Notes under the pieces: generated by a model
Database searches by the model: none
Seen by the model: the letters and a program-made list of their open reading frames with translations, nothing else
Told to the model about the DNA's origin: nothing
Translations under genes and position numbers: made by a program
Source of the DNA: Selaginella moellendorffii
Lineage: Eukaryota > Plantae > Lycopodiophyta
DNA length: 64,000 bases
Direction of reading: 5' to 3'
Assembly (NCBI RefSeq): GCF_000143415.4
Contig: NW_003314348.1
Span: forward strand, 186,001 to 250,000
Shown: piece after piece, positions 35,806 through 50,226 of the stretch
How positions within the stretch are numbered: position 1 is the first letter of the stretch
Layout of the letters: the number at the start of each line of letters is the position of its first letter

Positions 35806-38800
35806 GAAGTCGAGGAACATGAGCATATGGATCGATGTGTGGGGGGAGGGGGCGAAGGAATAGGAGGAGGAGAGAGCGCGAGAGAGATGGGAGAAGTTAC
35901 GCAACAACAATGCAAAAGTGGCAGCACAGAGAGGCGAGCAAGGAGGGCGGCCGAAAAAAAAAGGAGAGAAACAACGAGAAACAAAACAAACAACTTACTT
36001 ATACCCGGGGCCGAATGACTGGACTCCGTTACGCGCGCCCGCATTCCGGCGGCGCGCGCGCCACACACTGGAAAAAAAAGAAAAAAAACAGTTTGGTATA
36101 ATTGCCACGTGGCTGACACGTCAGTGCCACGCGAACGACCAGATTCTTTTTTAAGCGCTTTAATTATGACGTCACCAAGCATCACACGTCATAGTGACTA
36201 AAGAATCTTTGTTGGATTCGCGTTTCTTTTATTTCTCTCTTCGCGGGCGACAACGTCACAGTGTGAAAGAATTAACTTTTGCTTTCACGATATAACGACG
36301 CTTAAAAAGAATAGCACCAACAAGCTGGTACCTTGCGAAAGAAAGAACGCTATCAAAAAATTCGTGCCTCTTTCTCAATGGGTTCTGTTATTCACACACA
36401 CATTTCCACGAGCGTGAGAAGAACACAAGCGAAGAGAAATCAGCTCACCAGTAGCGAAGGATCACATCGCATCCCATCGCATTGTCACGGAGCACGGACT
36501 GGTTCCTGGCTGTCAAATTCGGGAAGAACAAAAAAGAAAAAACCAAAAGCCACACTTATCTCCCGAGTGAATGTGGCTCCAGCTGAGGCAGGCCGGATTC
36601 TCCTCCATCTTCCAACGATGCTTTTCTTTCTCCGTTGTCTCTCGAATCTCGCTCTCTCGATCAAGCGCTTCTTCCATGAAAGTAAAGAGAAAAGGTTCCA
36701 AACTCCGAGGCACTGTGTCTGTGTAGGTGGCGCTCCCTGCTTGGCGGTGACGCTTTTGTCTTTCTCAACCCGTCAGGCCCGAAGATAATTGCACACCCGA
36801 GGTACCACCACCAGTACCACCACAAGTCACCGAGTTCGCTGACTTTAGCTTCCCGAGAGACAACACCGCAATGAGTGCCTTGGAAGGCAGAATCATAATT
36901 CCAGCAGCAACTTATCTGCCATAAAACCCACGAGTGACGACTTCCTGTAATGCTGCTGCTGCTATCCTGCTGCTGCTGCTGTTACTTTTCCCCTCCGAGA
37001 TGCAAAGAGAGAGAGGGAGAGCTCTCCCTTCAAGTCCCTGCTTACTTCCTGCTATTCTATCTATCTATATGCTGTTTATATTCCTTTCCTCCCTCCCTCC
37101 CTCCCTCTCTCCCTCCTCTGGCTGGCCCCTGGCACTCCCAAATTCCCAGATTCCCAAAGGTACCCCTAGTGCTATAGCTAGAATTGGAGATAGAGAGATG
37201 ATCTGGCCTAGGCAGGAGTATGAAGCCTATAACAAACAGAGCACACTGTTGTAAGGCCTGACTATGGACAAGACGACTTCTTTCTAGCGGGGCTTCTGGT
37301 AAGTCTGCCTATTACGGACGAGACGAGGAGATGGTGGATGGAGATATAGAGAGAGGATGGTGATGCTAAAAGAGAGGACGCTTAGGGAAGCACACGCGCT
37401 GCTGCAATCAATACCACATGCAACATCAACAAGCCAAGAAAGGACCGACGACGCAGCTCGCAAGAGCGATCTTTCGAGCAAGGAATGAAAATCTAAGCTA
37501 CACAAAAAGCCCACTTGTAAACTACACATACCTTTCAAAGCCTCATTACGACAGCCGATATCACCACCACCCCCACCACAGACACACCGTTGCTGCTGCT
37601 GCTGCTCCTGCGTAAGTATTCCTTTTCGTGGACTCACAAGGTACACGTCCCCTGTGCGCAATGCACGTGGATGGATACGGAGGGTTGAAACTCCACGGGA
37701 CTGCACTGCCACATCGGCTCTGTGCCTGTTCTGTCTGCCTGCGCAGAACCAAAACCGAGGTGAGTATGAGGACTTTTTAGCATTTAGCATTAGGCTCACC
37801 TTGATGATACCATTACCAAGTGGTCAACTTAGCATAGCTACCTAAGGTGGAAAATGAGGAGAGAAAAAAAGAAAAGATCGTCAATAAGAATGAAATCAGA
37901 TTACCTCTGCCTGCGCGATGCTCTTTTACACACCAGTATCAGTAGCGTTGGATCTCGGTTGGAGCGCCTCTTCTCTAGCTTTATAGACGCCTAGGACATA
38001 GTTCCTCTGCCTGAGATGTGCTCTGACTTGTCCAAACAGCTGCCAGCGGAGAAGCCGCCCATAACCAATACCAAATCCCACCAAGTACTTATGGTGGATT
38101 TGATCGATCACATGGAAAGGCCTTCACAATCGGTGCAGACAGTAAGCAGCAACAACAACAGCAGCAACGAGAGAGCCTGGTTAAGCTGTTTTTCCCTGCT
38201 GCAGGAATCCAACACCACAACCTTGCCTTTGCTGACGACCCGGATGATGGAAGCCTCACACGCAAAAGGCACCCCAAGGACGACCTGGGAAGAGTCAGCC
38301 ACCTTTGCATAAAATACCCCCGCTCCACGAACTGATGTATGAAAGGGGCGCCTGAGAGGCAGTCCATATCCATCCAGAGCCAAATCTATATCCAATGTTC
38401 CCCTGCCACTGTACTCGAGCCTCGCCATCAATACCGCCCCACCTTCCAAAGCCGAGAAAAAGACCATTCCTGGCACCAATTGAACCGACAAGTGACCGGA
38501 TTCGAGCTCCATGAGGTGCACGAGAAGGCAATCTCATCGGACACATAGTCCTGATTCGAACCACCTTCGTTTCTCCTGTGCCTGTGCCGCTCAGTCGCCA
38601 GAGAAAGAAAAAAGAATAAACAATATGCTTACCCCGATTTGTTGTGGACTGTAAGATCCAGGATACGAAAGCCAACTAAATCCTGCCTGATGATGGTAAT
38701 AAAACACAATGATTGCACGATTGCCTAATTTAACCAGATTATCTGCACCAACACATCAGAAAGACCCCACGAGGCGAGCTAAGATAAGCAAATCGAACTG

Positions 38801-38827
38801 TCTATGTACGCATCATACCTTATACGT

Positions 38828-39493
38828 CTAGGCCCGTGGTAGATTACGAGCTGTTTGATGCTCAAGTTGCTCCACGGTTTCCCGTAGCATCTTTCTGTCC
38901 GCGCTTGTCAAGGCTTTATCTACGTGAAAAAAACAAAAGAAGAAAACCGCGAAAGGATACACTTGAGCTGCCAGGAGATGGATATCCTTCATCTCCTCGT
39001 TAAGTCTGCAACTCACAAGAAAAACATGAGAAACAAGCATCTAGAGAGGAAGCAGAAAAAAAGAAAAAGAAAAGAAAAGAAGAAAAAGCTCACCTGAGAC
39101 AAGAATTTACAAACTTATTTCCTTTCGTAGCAGCGTCAATGCCTGCATTAGAATCGCATATCAAAAAACAAGAAAAAACAAGAAAAAGAATAACTTACAT
39201 CCATTTTGTAGACTCCCGGCAGCATTATTGTAGCACGCCAGATGATCCCGCGTACTGCCAGTGACCTAGACCAGAAATCTTCACTCCAGAGGCCAAAATT
39301 TAGGCTTGCAGAACCATACCTCGCTCATCGCCTCCCTCAGCGATGCCACCAGCGAGCAGAAGCTACCCGCGGCATCTCTCGCTTCATCCTCCACGGCTTG
39401 CAGCAGCTGCGTCGCCCTGCGCACATCCGCCGTGGAATCAAACACGGGCTGGATCTCGTTCTGGAGGGCGCCTCCTCCTCCTCCCCCCGCCAT
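38828..39493 (-). CDS. BORCS6 (BLOC-1-related complex subunit 6)-like helical protein
   Basis: Five exons give SLREAMSEVTGSTRDHLACY...IDAATKGNKFVNSCLRLNEEMK...KMLRETVEQLE. Family recalled from plant homologues. Confidence 0.7.
38895..38960 (-). other. U12-type (minor spliceosome) GT-AG intron
   Basis: 5' splice site GTATCCTTT; branch site CCTTGAC (38907-38913) just before the CAG acceptor; removal restores the frame (AQV|KML). Confidence 0.85.
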
Positions 39494-39763
39494 CGCTCCT
39501 CCAAAGCCCTAAAGCAAACGCGGCGGGATTAACACGAGATAAGAACAGTGAAGTAAAAATTCGCATTGCTGTGATAGACGGCTCAAGGTTTTTCCATACA
39601 AAACGTTTCTTTTCATACGCTCGACTGTGGTGAGGGAGACTCGGGAAGAAGGAGAAGAGTCTAGCCTGACCCGGGGAGCATTATCGACCAGTAATGGCTG
39701 TGTCCCATTGATTTATCGCGCTGCGGACCTGGATTATCGCTATGTCGCCCACTGACGATCGCC

Positions 39764-40938
39764 TCATTTTTTCTCAGTGGTGACTCCCACCGCCACACTG
39801 GTCACCTGGAAAGTTTTCACAAAGTTTAGAGATCTTTCCTACAGCAAGGAGCGCAAAGAAAGGAAAGAGATCATACTAGCTTGCCGGTTTCATCCATGGT
39901 CATGGGGTTCTCCACAACCACAGTCTGCGATGGTTGCCTCGTCGGCGCAGGCTGCGTGATAAGATACATTAGTGATCGAGTGCTATGTCAATCAAGCTGT
40001 GAAAATGGCTGATACCTCTGATACGGATGCGGGCTGGGGAAGGGGAGCGTAGGTTGGTCTTTGCACAGGGAGGGGCATTCTCGCGTTGCTGAGATGCTGG
40101 TCACACAGGGAGAAGTGGCGTGATAAGATCAAAACATAACGTCGCCCTCAAGAAAAGACTTACCGGTATCGTCGTGACATACTGGCAGAGCGCGCATTTC
40201 ACCGATTGCGCTCCAAACGCATACATGAGAGTCGTATTACAGCCTCCGCAGCTAATATGCGCTACTTGGTTCGCTAAAATCACAAAACAAGTGCGTTAAG
40301 AAAACCAAAACCAAAGATAAACGAACGAAGAAAGGGACCACACCTTCCATCGCCAAGTTGATTGTGTGACAGCACGAGCACTGGACACTAGTGGCACCAC
40401 GCACATACATGAGTAGCGTCCGGCATCCCCCACAAACGAGCTGAGCCATCTCGGTTCCTACAGGGACCACTCGCAAAACAAGACAAAGTCAACAAAAAAC
40501 GTAGCAAGAGAAAAGATTTCTTTGCTTTTTTCTTTGATTTTTTTTTTTTTTTTCTTGATGGAAACCGACCTGGAGGAGGAACGGGAGTGACAGAGCTGCA
40601 TAGCGCACAGCGGACATTCGTAGCACCTTGAGGATATACGAGCAAAGTCCTACATCCACCACAGATCAGCTGGCCTTGAGACCCTGCAAAACAATTTTGA
40701 CAGACAACATAAGATAAGGGATGAGAGAGGAAACCAAAGACAAAGTAAAAGCGATGAAAGCGAAACGATTCGTTATCTCCCTCCCCCCTTTTCACGATTT
40801 CACGAGATTATGGAGCAGCGATCGGTCCGGGGGGAAATTCTGGAGAAATCGGGGCAAGAAGGGGGGAGCGATTGATTTCTCACCTGGCGGTGGCGGCATA
40901 TGAGGCTGGGGAGCGTAGGGCACCAGCGGAACCGGCAT
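39764..40938 (-). CDS. LSD1: LSD1/LOL1-type zinc-finger cell-death regulator
   Basis: Three CxxCxxxLxYxxGAxxVxCxxC fingers; [26 protein letters not shown] tail. Confidence 0.9.
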
Positions 40939-41317
40939 TGGCGCGGAGATTCGCGTGAATCGCTGCCGATGAATCCGATGAATCGCGCGCCCGGAAATTC
41001 CGCCGAGAGATCGAAACAGGGCAACGATCTCCCCCAAAACTTCCCTGCAATGCGCCGATCCGATGGCGCTAGCGCCGCGCCAGGCGCCTCAGCTTCGTCG
41101 AAGCCAAACCCTACGCGTCGCCCGGGAGAGCTAAGCTTTGTGGTGAGAGCTTCTTTGAATCCATGAGAATTTTCGTCGAAAGCCTGATCAGCCAGCGCCA
41201 AGGCTTATCCACACCGTCCATCGCGACAATCGTAAACCGACGGCCGAGATGGGTTAGGTCTCCTCTTGAGTTGAATATTCTCAGCTTAGAACCCTAATTC
41301 TTCCATAGAAGAGGGCG

Positions 41318-42203
41318 ATGAAGATCACGGCGCTGCTGCTGCTCAGGGCGAGCGATTCGGCAGCAGGATCATCGGCTTCCGGCAGCGACCCGGCGGTACT
41401 GGCAAATGCATCGGATGTGAGCCATTTCGGCTATTTCCAGCGCTCCAGCGCCAGAGAATTCATCATGTTTGTAGCTAGAACTCTCGCCAAGCGGACGCCG
41501 CAAGGGCAGCGGCATTCCGTGGAGCAGGATGGTAAGCGTTGATTTCCAGATCCAGTTTTCTCATTCTTTGCGTGTAGAGTATGTGGTGTATTGCTACAAC
41601 AGGAATGGGCTTTGCGGGCTGGCGTTCACGGACAAGCAGTATCCAATGCGAAGTGCTTTCTCAGTAATTAACAAGGTGAGCAATCCAAATTCTTTTGTTC
41701 TTCTCTTGAGCATGATCATCGCTCAGGTGATCGATGAGTACATCCAAGCGTTTGGAAATTCCTGGAAATCAGTGACAACCGATAACACGGAACAATGGCC
41801 GGCTCTAAATCAAGCCTTGATGAAGTACCAGGTTGGTTGCTCCATTCCAGTTTTGCTCTTCAATCGTGAGATCTTTCCGTGAATTGCAGGATCCAATGGA
41901 AGCTGACAAGCTCATGAGGATCCAGAGGGATCTCGACGACACCAAAGTCATACTGGTACGTGACGCCATAGCTTAGCTTCCTTTCGACAAGGATTTATTT
42001 TTCTCCTTGTTTGTACAGCACAAGACCATAGAAAGCGTCCTCGCTCGAGGGGAAAAGCTCGACTCATTGGTGGAGAAGAGCTCTGATCTTAGCATGGCTT
42101 CCCAGGTATCCAAAATCTGTCTTTTCAATCGTATCAAACTCCCAGCCTGCAGATGTTTTACAAGCAAGCCAAGAAAACCAACCAGTGCTGCAGCATCTTG
42201 TGA
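41318..42203 (+). CDS. YKT61: Longin R-SNARE YKT6
   Basis: MKITALLLLR, DVSHFGYFQR, LARGEKLDSLVEKS and prenylation tail CCSIL*. Confidence 0.95.
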
Positions 42204-42406
42204 GAGCGACGCGATTTTGATAAAACTCGCTATACATACCGTGTGTTGACGTAAGCTTGTATAATCTACCAGCACCTCAGAAAAGTATCTATCATCACTG
42301 TAATCAGCCAGATTCACGAAACTTCAAATCCATTCTTTTCTATCTTCCTGAAACAAGCTAGAAAAAAAGTTAAATCTTACAAGTAAGATCAGAGGTGTTC
42401 TTTCCA

Positions 42407-44800
42407 TCACATAGACATTGCTTGCTCACAGCTCTGCAGCGCTTGGTTCGCGAAGTATCTCACGTCCACGTCCGGATCTTCGCTCAACTCCACCAAGCAT
42501 GGGCGAATCGACTGCTCAACAACCTGGAAATACACATTAAAAAGTAGTCTCTAGAAAGCTTGAGAACTTCTGTGACTTTACCTCGCTGCCAACGATCGGG
42601 ATAAACGATTGTAGGATCTTCGCCACGTTGAACTTCACGTTTGGAATCCTGTTACAATTTATTAATTCGACTTCTACCTTGGCTCGACGTACCTGTCTTT
42701 TGCAGCGTTGATCACGACTGGTAGCATCATCTGGCATGTCACTTCCGAGCCAACAACAGGGGCGAACAAAGAAATGGCATACAGTATCGTCAACCGGTAT
42801 AAATAGTGAGGATTGTTAATCATCTCCAACACCTGAGAAAAGCATTACTTTCAAGAGATCTTCACACACAAAAAACTCATACCTGTGGAATAATATGTCT
42901 GCAAGCCCATTCTGTGCCAAACTCTTCGGTCAGCCTCTTCAGGTTGTTTGCGGCAGCTTCCCTGATAGAGCACACCTGGTACACGATTTGGTTGAGTGTC
43001 AACACTTGAGATTTCACGATTCAAACCTGATCTCCAAGCCAATGCATACACAAGGCACCAAGCTTGTCATCAAAGAATTCCACTCCCAGTTGGCTCGCAA
43101 GGAGTGGAATGTACTCAATAATAGCCAGCCGCACCCGCCAGTGTTTGTCTTCGGCCAGTTCCACAATCGCGGGTAGGAGAGATTGCGATAACAAGTCAAT
43201 ACCAATAACCTGTAACGAAAAGATCAACTCAAAACAATGAATCTTCGTTGGGCGAACTTGCCTTGTTGACTTGATCCAGCTTGCTTATGATGTTGAGCCT
43301 AACGTCAGGGAATTCATCCTTCAAAAGGGCCAAAAATATTGGTAAAAGTTGTTCGATTGTCGCGTCCTGCAAACCAAACTAATCAGCACAGGACGAAAGA
43401 GCACAAATTGCCTACTTTTCCAAGAACCGGTGCCATGCCCATTATTACAGAAGCCAAAGCCGCACGAACATGTTGTGACGAGTCTAGAGAAAGTTCCTGT
43501 TGGGAGTCAAAAGAAGGTCATGTCTGTGCACCACAGAAAAATCTCTCGGCTTACCTTTACACATGGTAGAATGCTTTGCATGGCAATCTCGGGCTGGACT
43601 ATCTCACAAAACTTGGTCACTTTATCGGCTGCTGCTATTCTGACTTCCGCTTCGTTATCTCTTAAAAGTCGCACATAGGCGGGGACCAGATCAACCCTTT
43701 GCACATAAAAGAAAAGATCAACAATCCATCAGTGTCCCCAAGAAAAAGCCAATGTCAGTGGACAATACCTAGTACATTCCGGTCCAACAGTTTCACAGAG
43801 TTCATATAGTTGATTAGCAACCATATAACGTACCCGCCAGGACTTGTCCTGTAGAAACAAACACGCACCGCATCAGCAACAGGAACAATAAAAGAATGAG
43901 ACATACTTGTGAGAAATTTAGTATGAGCGGCAACACACAGGCAATGCAGTCGCTTGTTTGTAGCAACCTTCCAAGCGCAGCACAGCCTTCAACAGCTAGA
44001 AGCCTGACCGAATCCTGCTCTGAAACATCGAAAAAGAAATTTGAGAAAAGAAAAAAAAAACAAAAAAAAATATTGGGAAAGCGTTGCTGATCATACCATC
44101 CTGTGTGAGGTCCCGAAAGACAGCCATGATATCGGTCTTTAGAAACGCAGGCTCGATGGTAGCAGCAAACTTCCCGAGGTTGGAGATGGCGGCCCTTCTC
44201 ACCAAAGGCATATCGTCGTGACTTAGTTGGTTGTAGATGGTTCTCAATTCCGCTCGGAGAAGCTCCGGAGCGCTCGGGTAGACAATGTGTAGCAGTCCAC
44301 ACACCGACACTCTAGCCGTGAACCATTCTCCAGCCGCGAGCCTCTGCGAATCAAAGAGATCTCACGCCGTGAGCTCAATGTAGCTACAGATCTACGACCT
44401 TTACCTTGACAACCGGAGCAAACCATTCCACAAGATCGCGCTCGTTCATCACGCTGGCGATCTTGCATAGCGACGCCACCGCCTTCTCCCTCACCGCGCT
44501 CTCCTCCACATCGCACAGCGCCTCCAGCGGGGGTAGCAGAGAATGCGCGTACTCCACGCCCCCAACGTAGGGGACCAGATTCCCCAGCTCCTCGGCCATG
44601 GCAAGAAGAACCTCTTCATCGTCGTCGCTGCCGTCGGCGAGGAAGGGGATCAGCTCCCGCCGCGTCCGATCCTCGCCCAGAGCCCTAGCGATGGTGGACA
44701 GCCGGCGCACCGAGTTGATCCGGAGCTGGACGTCGTCGTTCTTGAGCTCGTCGATGAGCACTGCGATCGGATAGAGCGGCTCCTCCACCATTGCCGCCAT
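42407..44800 (-). CDS. PP2AA: PP2A 65-kDa scaffold (A) subunit
   Basis: [25 protein letters not shown] repeats, [23 protein letters not shown] and [10 protein letters not shown]. Confidence 0.96.
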
Positions 44801-44940
44801 AGCTCCCAGGAGAGAATCCACAAACCCTAGAACGGTATTAGTCCGCCAGGAGACTAGAATATGCCAATCGCGTCTTTTAATTTCTAGAATGGGTCCACCT
44901 GCAAATAAAAACTAGGCCTTCTAGAACTGATCTTTTCTTC

Positions 44941-47290
<2,350 letters not shown>

Positions 47291-47611
47291 GATCATTCTT
47301 GAGAACTTACTTGTTTTCTATTTCTTTTCTTCATCAAGTTTGCGCGAGCTCAACCTCTGTACATTGAGGAATTGCGGTCGTTTATGCGAGTGATGGTTTT
47401 TCCTTTCTTAAAAACATTGTAGTTATCTTTCTCGAGATGTTTTTCTAATCACGATATACCTTTCTATTTTATCCTCCACTATTTTACTGTTATTTTGTAA
47501 AAAGGTTAACATGAAAATAGAATATTAAATTAAATAGATTGGCGTTAAATTAGCAGCATTAGGATAATTTAATGCCGCCCCTTAATTGCAAGCAAAAACT
47601 ATCTTTTCGTC

Positions 47612-49956
47612 ATGGTCTCCATTTTGCTTTTCATGTTCTTCACAGTGACTGCCGCAACGCAGCTTGATGGAACCAATATTTACATAGCTTACTTGGGAGG
47701 GACGAGAAGCATTGAGGCTCAAACTATCACAACAAGCCATCATCAAATTCTTTCTCAAGTCACTGGAACGTAAAGTTTTTTCATGAAAAGCAGGACTCCA
47801 CAAATCACTAATTTCTTTCTTTTCTACCTTAGTTTGGAGTCTGCCATGGACGCCATTGTCTACAGCTACAGCCACGGCTTTAGTGGTTTTTCTGCAAAGC
47901 TAACACCAGATCAGGCCGAGGCATTATCAAGTTAAGTCTGTGATCATGGAGAGGTTCACTAAACAATTTTGTTCTTACCAGAGTTTCCTGAAATACTGAG
48001 CGTTTATCCCAGTAAGACGTATCACATCCAGACAACTCGTTCGTGGGACTTCGTTGGCTTGAGCGAGTCTCTAAGTTCGGAGCAATCAGGAATCGAGTTC
48101 TTACCCCATGAACGTTACGATGTCATTGTAGGAGTTCTAGACAGCGGTATCACTCCTCTTGCCCCTTCATATGCTAGCATAGGAACAACCGTCAGCGTTC
48201 TCGGACAGAAAGTCTGCGAGACAAGCTTACTCATTCTTCGAGAAGTTGATCTTGATCTCGTTCTTGTACAGGAGTGTGGCCAGAATCCAAGAGCTTCCAC
48301 GATGCCGACATGAGACCCGTTCCAGGACGATGGAAAGGAACTTGCATGAATCCAGCTGGTACAAACGCATCTGCCATTATCAAATGCAACAGGTGAAAAG
48401 AAAAAACATAGCAAACTTAACACCAATACACTAACCTGAATCATCTTTACAGGAAGCTTGTCGGTGCTCGTACTTTCGACGCTCACGGCTCACACGTCTA
48501 TGAGAATGCCAGGGACGGCACTGGTCACGGAACTCACGCTGCATCCACTGCGACTGGAAGGCTCGTTGCAAACGCAAGTGTGAATGGAGTTGCCCGAGGA
48601 ACTGCCCGTGGTGGTGCACCGTTATCAAGGCTTGCGGCTTATAAAGTTTGCTGGGGTTTCATCTGTGACGAGGCTGATATTTTAGCTGGATTTGACACTG
48701 CAATACACGATGGAGTTGATATTATCTCAATCTCAGTTGGGAGAAGCCCGCATAGATATAGTACTGATGGATTAGCAATTGGAGCTTACCATGCCGTGGA
48801 GAGAGGCATTGCCGTTGCAGCACCTGCTGGAAACTTCGATTTTTTTATCTATCAAATTGCAAATGGCGCACCTTGGCTCTTCACAGTTGCTGCAAGCACG
48901 ATTGATCGAAAAATCACAGAGGTTAAGATCTTTCAGAATAAAAATGAGGACTTATTTTTTCTTTTTTTTCTTTTATGTTCTTACCTGTTGTGCAGAATAA
49001 TCAGACCGACAATTATAAACCAGCTCCAGTTATGGCTCCATTCTCCTTGACTGGACCAAACAGCTTGGATGCAAGTATCATAAAGGTGAGCATTAGAAGC
49101 AAAGCATTGTTTCATAGATGACTTACACAGATGATTTACATGAGCGACTTTTGTAGCCCGATATCACTGCTCCTGGTGTTGATATTCTAGCAGCCTGGCC
49201 AACCAACATTCCAGTTCATGGTACCAATGCAACTTACGGTGAATACTCACTTCTCTCGGGGACATCGATGGCCACTCCACACGTTGGGGGAGCATTAGCA
49301 TTCCTCAAGTCGATCCATCCGAAATGGAGCCCCGCAGCACTAAAATCTGCACTCATGACAACAGGTAAACTCATCAAACAATTGCGAAAGATGATCATCA
49401 ACGATTCAATGCAGCAAGCACCCTGGATAACACAAACGCCACAATCACGAGAGGAAACGCCCCATCCAATCCATTCAGCTTTGGCTCTGGCATCATCCAG
49501 CCCGCAAAAGCAGTCGATCCAGGACTAATCTATGATATCCATCCAGAAGACTACATACAATATCTCTGGAGCATCAACTATACCTCCGTCGAGATCCAGC
49601 ACATGACTGGCAGCCATTGCCCCAAACACTCCACGGATTTCAGCCTCAACTATCCCTCCATCGCGATCGACAAGCTTGCGCCGGGCGCCAGCCGCACAAT
49701 CTCAAGGATCGTCACGAATGTAGGCACCGGAAGATCTTCCTACACTGTCGCCGTGGCGCCGCCGAGCGATGCCGCGCTTGCCATCGCCGTGAACCCTAAA
49801 ACCCTAGATTTCTTCTTCACTGGCCAGAAGCTCTCTTACACAGTCACGCTATCTTTGAATAAGGAAGCGGCGGGAAAGAGCTGGATATTCTCTGCTTTGA
49901 CTTGGACCGATGGCACCCATCAAGTACGAAGCCCCATTGCTGTGTCCTCTAGCTGA
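47612..49956 (+). CDS. Subtilisin-like serine protease (S8A) lacking the PA domain
   Basis: Signal peptide, I9 prodomain ([16 protein letters not shown]), TTRSWDF, triad VLDSG / GHGTH / GTSMATPH, and Fn-III tail LNYPSI...VRSPI. Confidence 0.9.
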
Positions 49957-50226
49957 TGATCAAAGTGAAAATAAAATTTAGGTCTTGGAAGACCGCTAGG
50001 TCATTGTGGATCTTCACTTCTTGCAGCGTCATCGATTCTTCCGCGTGGATGAACTACTGCTTTCCTGGATCGGCTAGAACTTTTGATCCATTGGATGAGC
50101 CACGGATCGGCTAAGAACTAGCGCTTAATCGATTCTCCGCGTGGATGAGCTTCTCCTCGGCTAGAAATCACAAATGTAAGTGTTCTTCTCTTTTAGAAGC
50201 TTCATTCCACTCTCTCTTTCCATGAA

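Noticed and set aside
37013-37040. miR319/159-like sequence around AGAGCTCTCCCTTCAAGTCC
   Set aside because: The match needs indels and no partner arm is visible; it is explained by a 16-bp palindrome in GA/CT-rich DNA.
38108-38675. Overlapping minus-strand ORFs of 94-137 aa
   Set aside because: No recognisable domain and no consistent exon chain.
42106-42152. YKT6 intron starting GTATCC as a U12 intron
   Set aside because: It continues AAAA rather than TT and has no CCTTRAC branch site.
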